In this document: positions 41,101 through 53,599 of the stretch, in pieces
Numbering within the stretch: position 1 is the stretch's first letter
How the letters are laid out: every line of letters starts with the position of its first letter
Origin: Auanema rhodensis
Lineage: Eukaryota > Animalia > Nematoda
Assembly: GCA_964057225.1 (NCBI GenBank)
Contig: OZ059897.1
Coordinates: 9,920,001-9,984,000, forward strand
Direction: 5' to 3'
Length of the DNA: 64,000 nucleotides
Translations under genes and position numbers: made by a program
Notes under the pieces: model-generated
Seen by the model: the letters and a program-made list of their open reading frames with translations, nothing else
The model's database searches: none
What the model was told of the DNA's origin: nothing

Positions 41101-44100
41101 AAGGTCGGAACCGAATGGGTATCCAAGGGACAGAACATCGAACAAGTCAACTGGGCTATCGGAGCCATGGCTAAGGGTCTCTACTCCCGTGTGTTCAACT
41201 GGTTGGTTAAGAAGTGTAACTTGACTCTTGATCAACAAGGAATCAACCGTGATTACTTCATTGGAGTACTTGATATCGCTGGTTTCGAAATCTTCGATGT
41301 AAGCTTTTCCATATTCAACTTCATTCTAATGAATTTTCTAATTTTAGTTCAACTCCTTCGAACAGCTCTGGATTAACTTCGTAAACGAGAAGCTCCAACA
41401 GTTCTTCAATCACCACATGTTCGTTCTTGAACAGGAAGAATATGCTCGTGAAGGTATCCAATGGACTTTCATCGATTTCGGTCTTGATCTCCAAGCCTGT
41501 ATCGAACTTATTGAGAAGGTTTGTCAACTCTTTTCTCCAACTTATTCTGATTTTCTCCTCTTTTAGCCACTTGGTATCATCTCTATGCTCGATGAAGAAT
41601 GTATCGTACCAAAGGCTACTGATATGACTTTGGCTCAGAAGCTTGTTGAACAACATTTGGGCAAACACCCCAACTTCGAGAAGCCCAAGCCACCAAAGGG
41701 AAAGCAAGCCGAAGCTCACTTTGCCATGCGTCACTACGCTGGTACTGTCCGCTACAATTGCAGCAACTGGCTCGAGAAGAACAAGGACCCCCTCAACGAC
41801 ACTGTCGTCTCCGTCATGAAACAATCCAAGGCCAACGAGCTTTTGGTCGAAGTCTGGGGAGATTACACCACCCAGGAAGAGGCCGCACTTAAGGCTAAGG
41901 GTTTGTGATTCTGATAAATTTATGGATTTGCTATGTTTTCTTTTTTAGAAGGCGGTGGAGGAAAGAAGAAGGGTAAGTCTGGATCTTTCATGACTGTCTC
42001 TATGCTTTACCGTGAATCCCTCAACAACCTCATGACTATGCTTCACAAGACTCATCCTCACTTCATCCGTTGTATCATCCCCAACGAGAAGAAGCAATCT
42101 GGTAAGAATACCCTGAGGCTATTGTGATATTTTATTTTCTTCTTTTAGGAATGATCGATGCTGCTCTTGTACTTAACCAGTTGACCTGTAACGGTGTACT
42201 TGAAGGTATCCGTATTTGCCGTAAAGGTTTCCCCAACAGAACCCTTCACAACGACTTCGTCCAGCGTTACGCTATCCTTGCCGCCAAGGAAGCTAAGTGC
42301 GACGATGACAAGAAGAAGTGCGCTGATGCTATCATGGGACGCCTTGTCAATGAAGGAGTTCTTCAAGAGGATAACTTCCGTGTCGGTCTTACTAAGGTCT
42401 TCTTCAAGGCCGGAGTTTTGGCTCACCTTGAAGACGTTCGTGACGACAAGCTTTCTTCCATCATGATTGGATTCCAATCCAACATCCGTTGGTACTTGGG
42501 ACTCACCGACCGCAAGCGTCGTATGGAACAAAGAGCCGGACTCCTCATCGTCCAGCGTAATGTCCGCTCCTGGTGCACCCTCCGTACCTGGGAATGGTTC
42601 AAGCTTTACGGAAAAGTCAAGCCACTCCTCAAGGCCGGAAAGGAAGCCGAAGAGCTCGACAAGATCAACGACAAGGTTAAGGCTCTTGAAGCTGACCTCG
42701 AAAAGGAATCCAAGCTCCGCAAGGAACTTGAAGACAGCTCTACCAAGCTCTTGGAAGAGAAGAACAGCTTGTTCACCAACTTGGAAAGCACCAAGGGACA
42801 ACTTTCTGAAGCTGAAGAGCGTCTTGCTAAGCTTCAAGCTCTTAAGGGAGATGCTGAGAAGCAACTTTCTGTAAGTTTAATTTGCGACTACTCGTATTGA
42901 AACTTTAATTTCAGGAATTGAACGACCGTTTGGCCGATCAAGAAGACCGTAACTCTGACATCCAGAGAGCCAAGAAGAAGGTTGAGGCTGAGGTTGAATC
43001 CCTCAAGAAGCAGATCCAAGACCTCGAAATGAGTCTCCGCAAGTCTGAGTCCGAGAAGCAATCTAAGGATCACCAGATTCGCTCCCTCCAAGACGAAATG
43101 CAACAACAAGACGAAAGCATCGCCAAGCTCAACAAGGAGAAGAAGCACCAAGAGGAAATCAACCGCAAGTTGATGGAGGATCTTCAAGCTGAAGAAGACA
43201 AGACCAACCATACCAACAAGGTTAAGGCTAAGCTCGAGCAAACTCTCGATGACCTCGAGGATTCCCTTGAACGCGAGAAGAGATCCCGCGCTGATCTTGA
43301 CAAGCAAAAGAGAAAGACTGAGGGAGAACTCAAGATTGCCCAAGAAAACATTGATGAGGCTGCCCGCCAACGTCATGACTTGGAAAACAACTTGAAGAAG
43401 AAGGAGTCTGAACTCCACTCTGTCAGCAGCCGTTTGGAAGACGAGCAAGCTCTTGTTAGCAAGCTCCAACGCCAAATCAAGGAAGGACAAAGCAGAATCT
43501 CTGAGCTCGAAGAGGAACTCGAGAACGAACGCCAATCCCGCTCCAAGGCCGACCGTGCTAAGGCTGACCTTCAGCGCGAATTGGAAGAGCTCGGTGAGCG
43601 TCTTGATGAACAAGGAGGAGCTACCGCCGCTCAAGTTGAGGTCAACAAGAAGAGAGAAGCTGAGCTCGCCAAGCTTCGCCGCGATCTTGAGGAAGCCAAC
43701 ATGAACCACGAAAACCAACTCGGTGGTCTTCGCAAGAAGCACACTGATGCCGTTGCTGAGCTTACTGATCAACTTGATCAGCTCCAAAAGCAAAAGGCTA
43801 AGATTGAGAAGGACAAGACCCAGATCCAACGTGAAGCTGAAGACCTTGCTGCTCAACTCGATGGTGAAACTTCTGCCAAGCTCAACAACGAAAAGCTCGC
43901 CAAGCAATTCGAACTCCAATTGACTGAGCTTCAATCTAAGGCTGATGAACAAGCCCGTCAACTCCAAGACTTCACCTCCATCAAGGGACGTCTTCACAAC
44001 GAGAACGGAGACCTCGGCAGACAACTCGAGGATGCTGAATCTCAAGTCGGACAATTGAACAGATTAAAGAGCCAACTTACCAGCCAATTGGAAGAGGCTC

Positions 44101-46182
44101 GCCGTACCGCTGACGAGGAAGCTCGTGAACGCCAAACTCTTGCCGCTCAAGCCAAGAACTACCAACACGAGGCTGAGCAACTCCAGGAAAGCCTTGAAGA
44201 AGAAATCGAAGGAAAGAACGAAATCCTTCGTCAACTCAGCAAGGCCAATGCTGAAATCCAACAATGGAAAGCAAGATTCGAGGGAGAAGGACTCATCAAG
44301 GCTGATGAGCTTGAGGATGCCAAGAGAAGACAGGCCCAGAAGATCAACGAGCTCCAGGAGGCTCTCGATGCCGCCCACTCCAAGATCGCTTCCCTCGAGA
44401 AGACCAAGTCTCGTCTCGTTGGAGATCTTGATGACGCTCAGGTTGATGTTGAGCGTGCCAACGGATTCGCTGCTGCTCTTGAGAAGAAGCAAAAAGGATT
44501 CGACAAGGTCATCGACGAATGGAAGAAGAAGACCGACGATCTTTCTGCCGAGCTTGACTCTGCTCAACGTGATGCCCGCAACACCGCCACCGATCTCTTC
44601 AAGGCTAAGAATGCCCAAGAAGAGCTCATGGAGGTTGTCGAGGGACTCCGTCGTGAGAACAAGAGCTTGAGCCAAGAAATCAAGGATCTTACCGACCAAC
44701 TCGGAGAAGGAGGACGCTCCGTCCACGAGATGCAGAAGATCATCCGCCGCCTCGAAATCGAGAAGGAGGAACTTCAGCACGCTCTTGACGAGGCTGAAGC
44801 TGCCTTGGAAGCCGAAGAGAGCAAGGTTCTCCGCGCTCAAGTTGAAGTTTCCCAGATCCGCTCCGAAATCGAGAAGCGTATCCAAGAGAAGGAGGAAGAG
44901 TTCGAAAACACCCGCAAGAACCACCAACGTGCTATGGATTCCATGCAAGCTTCTTTGGAAACCGAAGCCAAAGGAAAGGCCGAACTTCTCCGCGTCAAAA
45001 AGAAGCTCGAGGCTGACATCAACGAGCTCGAAATTGCCCTTGATCATGCTAACAAGGCCAACGCTGATGCCCAAAAGAACCTCAAGAGATACCAAGAACA
45101 AATCCGCGAACTCCAACTCCAAGTTGAGGAGGAGCAACGCAACCGCGATGATATCAGAGAACAATTCTTCAACGCCGAGAAGCGCGCCACCTTACTCCAA
45201 TCCGAGAAGGAAGAACTCTTGGTTGCCAACGAGGCCGCTGAACGTGCTCGCAAGCAAGCTGAGTACGAAGCCGCTGACGCTCGTGACCAAGCCAACGAAT
45301 ACTCTGCCCAAGCTAGCTCTTTGGCTGCTGCCAAGAGAAAGCTCGAGGGTGAACTTCAAGCCATCCACGTAAGACTTTATTTCAGGTTTCAAAATCATAA
45401 TTATTATCATTTCAGGCTGATCTCGATGAGACTCTTAACGAGTTCAAGGCTGCTGAAGAACGCAGTAAGAAGGCTATGGCTGATGCTGCCAGACTTGCTG
45501 AGGAACTCCGCCAAGAACAAGAACACTCTCAACACGTCGACCGTCAACGCAAGGGACTCGAACAACAACTTAAGGAAATGCAAGTTAGACTCGATGAAGC
45601 CGAAGCTGCTGCCCTCAAGGGAGGAAAGAAGGTGGATTGACAAAATGATAATGTTGTTTATAACAAAATTCATTTACAGGTTATTGCCAAGCTCGAGCAA
45701 CGTGTCCGTGAGCTCGAATCCGAACTCGACTCTGAACAACGCCGTTACCAAGAAGCCAACAAGAACCTCGGACGTGCCGACCGCCGTGTCCGTGAACTTC
45801 AATTCCAGGTTGATGAAGATAAGAAGAACTTCGAAAGACTCCAGGACTTAATTGACAAGCTCCAAAACAAATTGAAGACCCAAAAGAGACAAATCGAAGA
45901 GGCTGTAAGTTTATTTCCAAATTCCCTATTCTGATCTATTGAAATCGGTCATCTCATGATGTTTGTTTACAGGAGGAAGTTGCCAACACCAACCTCCAGA
46001 AATACAGACAAATTCAACACCAATTGGAAGATGCCGAAGAGAGAGCCGACGTTGCCGAAAACTCCCTCTCCAAGATGCGCGCCAAGTCTCGCTCATCTGC
46101 TTCCGTTGCCCCAGGTCTTCAGACATCTCAGTCTGCTGCTGTTCTCCGATCACCATCCCGTGCCCGTGCTTCTGACTTCTAA
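38177..46182 (+). CDS. unc-54: Body-wall muscle myosin heavy chain B
   Basis: [52 protein letters not shown]; full motor and rod; diagnostic non-helical tailpiece [34 protein letters not shown]. Confidence 0.93.
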
Positions 46183-46892
46183 ACATTTTTACTTTTCCTT
46201 CTGTTATATTATTTCATCATATATACACAAAAGTATATAGACTGTGCATATATGCCCTTGCATACCAGAGAATTTATATAAATCCTTCATCTAAATACCT
46301 TCGTTCTGTAGTTACACATGGATAGCTTAGTATTAACAAACGCCTTCGACATCAACTAGATATGATTAGTTTCCATTATTTTTATTCAATACTCGAATGA
46401 AAATATAAAAATTTTAAACATTATTCTAGTATTTATTATGTTGAAAGAAAAAGAAAGAGTATTTGCCAAAACATAAACAACAAAACAACACATGAAGTAT
46501 TTAGAAGATATCTTTCAATCATATTTGACTTGAAACTTGAATCTTAAATCTCAAGTTTAGCTTGAATATAAGGTTTCAAACTTAACGAGGTGTTACATAA
46601 TCTTGAAAGTATAAGATGACATCGATACATCTTATCACCTTCAAAACAAAAACAATTTATATGTAAATTGGTGGATTTCTCTACCTCTTATACTCACAAA
46701 TAGATACTTATGTCTTCATTTCTGGATGAGCTTTCAACTAATTTCAACATCTGCCATTACACTGCCCAACAATAGATTCTGATCTTTTCCATGACAAGAG
46801 AACGTAATGGAAAACACCTGTCAAATTGATGGCTTTTCATTCTTTCGTCGGCAAACTTATCGTCGAATTGAGCTTCTTTTGAATTTAAAAAA

Positions 46893-47740
46893 ATGACTGA
46901 AGATATTCCGCTTATGACATCTATTATTAGTACTAGTCCTTCAACTATTATGAGAAAATTTTATGAAGGAGGTAAATAAATATTTATAATTTCACAAATC
47001 TTAATTAAACTTTTGAGACAATGTAATGATTGTAATCAATCTTTTCAGATCCTCTTGAAAGTTTATCAAGATCATGGCCATGCTCAAGATGTGGTATCTT
47101 CTTAGGATTGATACATCTGATATTCAGTATTTTTATTTTGGTACTATTTACAATTTAATTTTGAATAAAACACGAATTCTTTTTCAGATTTTTGATATTT
47201 TCACTAATCCTATTACGTTAGAAGCTTATTCAACTACAGCAGCTTTAATGTATTTTCTATGTTCACTTCTTTGTTTTATTGCTGTTAGGTAAGATATAAT
47301 ATGAATATAATTCTTTTAATTTATTTCAATTATACAGAAGATTAGATAAAACTGCTCAAATTCTATTATTCATATCAAGTTCAATTTCTATTATATTGTC
47401 TATTGCACTCTTTATACAAAATGCTCAAACTGTTAACCAGATTAGTGATAAATCAAGCTGCACATTTCCAACTTGTATTGCACACGCTGTATTAATATGT
47501 GTAGGATTGTGTGAAGGTGAGAAACATTTATAATATTATTTTAAAAGTAAACTTGCAGGTGTCACATGCTTCATTACAACAATTTTATGTTATCGCTCTC
47601 TGAGAATGGCTTTTAAAGTACAAACATCATATAGTCCGTACAGCACTTTAATAATTGGTGATTATAAACAACTGAGTCTGAAGCCCCCTCTTAATAATCC
47701 ACGTCTTAATATTACTTCATCAACAACTTTTCTTCAATAA
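46893..47740 (+). CDS. Uncharacterised ~4-TM membrane protein, 5 exons
   Basis: Open spliced frame MTEDIPLMTSIISTSPSTIMRKFYEG|DPLESLSRSWPCSRCGIFLGLIHLIFSIFYF|...SPYSTLIIGDYK...TTFLQ* with GT-AG introns and four hydrophobic stretches; AATAAA at about 47774. Confidence 0.7.
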
Positions 47741-48569
47741 TATTTCGTTAATATTATTCTGTTTTCTTAAAAAAATAAAATTTTATTTAAATTTCTTATT
47801 TATTATTTGTGTTTTTTTTCAAAATTAGATTACACATGATTGTAATGAGATAATAGAATATCTATTTTTGACTCTTCAATATTATAAGGTATGAACTTTT
47901 CCAGAAATTGGAAAAAAAAGATTCTTATCGATGAAAAAGTGCAATTTCCTGTTCCACGAGTTTAAGGTCACTCACAAGGGGTACCCAGCTTTTTTCTATA
48001 AATACCATTGCAAAGGTTTTGGTCATTCAACTATTCCTCGTCATTTTCATTCATTGAAATGGAGAGGATTCACATTCTTTAATACAAAAAAATCATTAAT
48101 TTCAAGATATAGAAATTGTTTTTCTTAGCTTAAGCTTAAATTAAATTATTACCTTGAACTATCAAAAACCAATAAATTCGAACAAAGCCCGTGGCACATC
48201 GAGTTTCATTAATTTTATTTTTCGCTTAAAACCGGCTGTGTATAACTTTGCAAAGTTTTTGTTTGATCTGTGTCTGTAGTATTGATTTTTGATTTGTTAA
48301 AGAAACTATTACAAAAAAAAACTATTAAATCGTATCTATTTTAAAATCGCATTCACATGTTTTGATAGCATTAATCTAATAATTAATTTAGTATGAAGCA
48401 ATTAAGCTAACTGTAAAGGTTTACATTAATCTTCATTAAACTAAGTCGAGAATAACATCTCTTTTTGGAAAATATATGTCTATAAGTTAACTTTCAAACA
48501 ATATTAGAAACAAGTGAATGCCATTATCAAATAGATTAAACTTAATTTTTTTAAAGAACAAAATATGAA

Positions 48570-48778
48570 ATCGATGAAGGCGCGATGTTACAATGCTGAA
48601 AAGATAATGCTGTCTTTCTTGAGCGTAACTGTGAAGAATATCATTCTAACTTTCTGCAGCTTCCATCGCATTTCGATCAGTTGGGCTTACGGGAGTAAGC
48701 TCTTGGCCGTGTTTGTTCTTTATGTGCCTCACGTTGGCACAAGTTCTGTGCTTAGCGCTTCGGCTGAGTTTTGAGCTT
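48570..48778 (+). ncRNA. Candidate structured RNA element of unknown family
   Basis: GC island with several hairpins: GGGCTTAC-GGGA-GTAAGCTC, TGTGCC-7nt-GGCACA, GCTTAGC-GCTTCG-GCTGAGT followed by T4, and GCGATG/CATCGC closing two more hairpins. G-U pairs favour the + strand. Confidence 0.4.
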
Positions 48779-48878
48779 TATGTTAATTCTTGCTCTTTAG
48801 TATCAAAATCTTTGTTCTCTTCATTATCTTTTAACTTATTATCTTATATTAATTAATAATATTTAAATATTAGTAATA

Positions 48879-51311
<2,433 letters not shown>

Positions 51312-51524
51312 ACTGTGAATTTTGAAATATATCTGACCTCATAGAGTCATAATTTTGTTTTTTTTATTACATAATACTGATAGAGCATAATTTATAAATT
51401 TGTGCGTAATTGACCATCATCTAGTCATAATATGACGACTAACATAATAACTTCATAATGTTTTTGTTATAATAACAAGTTATAGTTATAGTAAATAGTA
51501 ATAGATTTTTAATTATGTGTGTTT

Positions 51525-51612
51525 ATTAAATTTGTTTTTCTTTGGTGTTGCACCTTTCAAATACTTTATATACAAATAATGGATTTATATAAGTTTCATC
51601 TTTTTTTTTAAG
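51525..51612 (+). promoter_or_regulatory. Operon intercistronic region with Ur-like element (SL2 trans-splicing signal)
   Basis: ATTAAA at 51525-51530, stem-loop GGTG-TTG-CACC at 51544-51554, TACTTT (UAYYUU) at 51562-51567, and acceptor TTTTAAG ending at 51612. Confidence 0.6.
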
Positions 51613-51627
51613 TTTTTTGTATACATC

Positions 51628-52922
51628 ATGGGAGGTTGTGAGCCTATTAATTTAAATAAAATCTCTTTTGATGGTAAGTTTGACTTTGTTTTTAATTGTA
51701 AACATTTATTTCTTAGACGCTAGAAAAATATTAAAAGAGTGGAGAGATTCTGGAGCAAGAAGAAGTGAAGAAGTGAGAAAAGTCTATAATAGAGATTTCG
51801 TTTATTGATTGGTTATAGACTGTTGAAATTTGGGAGAATGTTCTGAGAAAGAATAAATCTTCGTTAGGAGATGAAGTGTGGATAATATATGAGCAGGTTT
51901 TTCAATATAAAATTTACTTCTATGAATATATGTGCTTCAAGTTGTGTTTTGCTGCTTTGGATTGCCACAATCTTCCATTAAGTGATGAATGTCTTAAATC
52001 TCTTAACAGTCGTTTTCCAAATAGTTCACGCATTCTTAAGTTGCGTGCCATGTTCTTTGAGGTTCAAGAAAGGTTTGGATTTCAAGTTTAAATGGTTTTA
52101 TGGTTCTTATTAAGATATGATTCTGCTATGCAAATCTATGATAGCCTAATTGAAAGTGATCCAGCCAATAACGTAATTCTTCAATTTATGAAAAAAAAAC
52201 ACATAGCAAACCTTTTAGGGATATCGTAAAAGGAAAATTGCCTTGTTAATTGCTCAAGCTAAGCGCACAGAAGCTATCAAAGAGTTGAATGAATATTTAC
52301 AAGTAAACAATATTTATGTACACATCTTAATGAAGTTTCCAGACCTTCTTGAATGATACTGAGGCTTGGATTCAGTTGAGTGAGATGTTCTTGGCTGAAA
52401 ATGATTTACCAAAGGCAGTTCATTGCCTTGAAGAATGTGTTCTGATTACAGTTAGGATTTGGCATCTTTCATCTGTTGATTATTTTTTTTAGCCATTAAA
52501 TTCGCTGTTCTTGCGAAGACTAGCTGATCTCCGATATTGCCAAGGGGGCCAGGACAACATTGAGTTGGCTAAATCTTACTACGAACAGGTTGTTAAGCTT
52601 AATTCCACAGATCTCCGTGGGTTGTATGGTATAGTTTTGGTATGATTGCTTGCATAGAATTCTTGAATAGTATTTTTATTAAGTGTTCTAACTATCTGTC
52701 AAATCATACTAAGGGAGCACCAGAAAAGAAGAAAGACGCAATTGCTTTTGGAACTGAGGCCGTTGATAAAATACTTGAAATCTATGAAAAAGTAGTTCTA
52801 TTCTTTGTTTTAATGTAATTTCTTTTTTTAAGGTTGCAAAGACTGGTAAAAACTCTGAAATTGCTTCTATTATATCTGCCGTACAACAAACCCGTACTGA
52901 ATTGACTGTTGGCAAACCGTGA
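51628..52922 (+). CDS. emc-2: ER membrane protein complex subunit 2 (TTC35, TPR protein)
   Basis: LKEWRDSGARRSEETVEIW..LGDEVWIIYEQ..AALDC..L..RFPNSSRILKLRAM; DPANN.YRKRKIA; ELNEYLQTFLNDTEAW.QL; A.HCLEE..L.QP.N.L; RGLYG. Typical of EMC2. Confidence 0.92.
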
Positions 52923-53316
52923 GGAAGTTACAGTTTTGAGTTATTGATTAGAAGTGTTAACTATTTGTTAATGAATTAATTTATTCGTAAATTTTAAATT
53001 TTAATTTAAATATACTATTGTAGTTAGTGTGGATATAGTAAAATATAGGGGGAAAGTCTAACAAGATTTTAAATTGATTCGCACTCTCAAATGAGCTCAT
53101 TAAGAAATTTGATTAGGGTTTCGTGCTTGGCGAATTATAGAATCTTGTACAGACTAAAGATGTTTCCGGTTTCAAAGAACTCATAAACCATTTGTTTATA
53201 GCTTCCTTTCGGCTGTTCGAATCCCAAAGTCATACCATGCTAATACGGATTATTTCCATTACCGCAAATACTAGTTTAGTAACTTACGTGTAGTCAAAAG
53301 GATGCTAAGACCATAT

Positions 53317-53599
53317 GGTCCGTGGCTGTCTGACTTATCTAAGTGCCAGATGCTTACAATTTAAAATGCATTAATCATTAACCATTCCTTCTTCACTATC
53401 TTCTCTTTATTTAAACTTTTATTCTATTTTCTAATTATTTTTGTACAAAACGTTTTGTTAACTAAAGTAAACAAGAAAACTCTATCTGGTGCTTTGATTT
53501 ACTTCGAACTTCAAAGCAACAGATGCAACCGCTCTCCTAGACCAGTCTCATTTAAATGACCTCAGTCAGATGATGATGCTACTGTTGACCTTTTTTTTT
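53317..53599 (+). ncRNA. Y RNA / stem-bulge RNA (sbRNA) family gene with an unusually long loop
   Basis: The 5' end GGTCCG-TGGC-TGTCTGAC-TTATC pairs with the 3' end AGTCAGATG...GCTAC-TG-TTGACC, followed by T9. This gives the bulged-C Ro60 helix (GGUC-C-G/UUGACC), an upper stem with UG/CA, the UUAUC motif opening the loop, and an oligo-T terminator. Confidence 0.72.

Noticed and set aside
28637-45164. Long antisense ORFs (up to 388 aa) opposite the myosins
   Set aside because: Expected from strong codon bias in highly expressed genes (avoidance of TTA, CTA and TCA); the products are unrecognisable.
27197-46182. Nematode telomerase RNA in a myosin intron
   Set aside because: No template-length match to TTAGGC repeats was seen; only isolated hexamers such as near 27935.
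48683-48778. HDV-like ribozyme or U3 snoRNA reading of the structured element
   Set aside because: There is a P3/L3-like loop but no P2 pairing or catalytic C-R-A junction. A box-B-like GAGCGT is present, but U3 box A and box C are missing.
53120-53235. tRNA gene suggested by GTTCGAATCC
   Set aside because: No cloverleaf or acceptor stem can be built; kept only as a possible isolated B-box.
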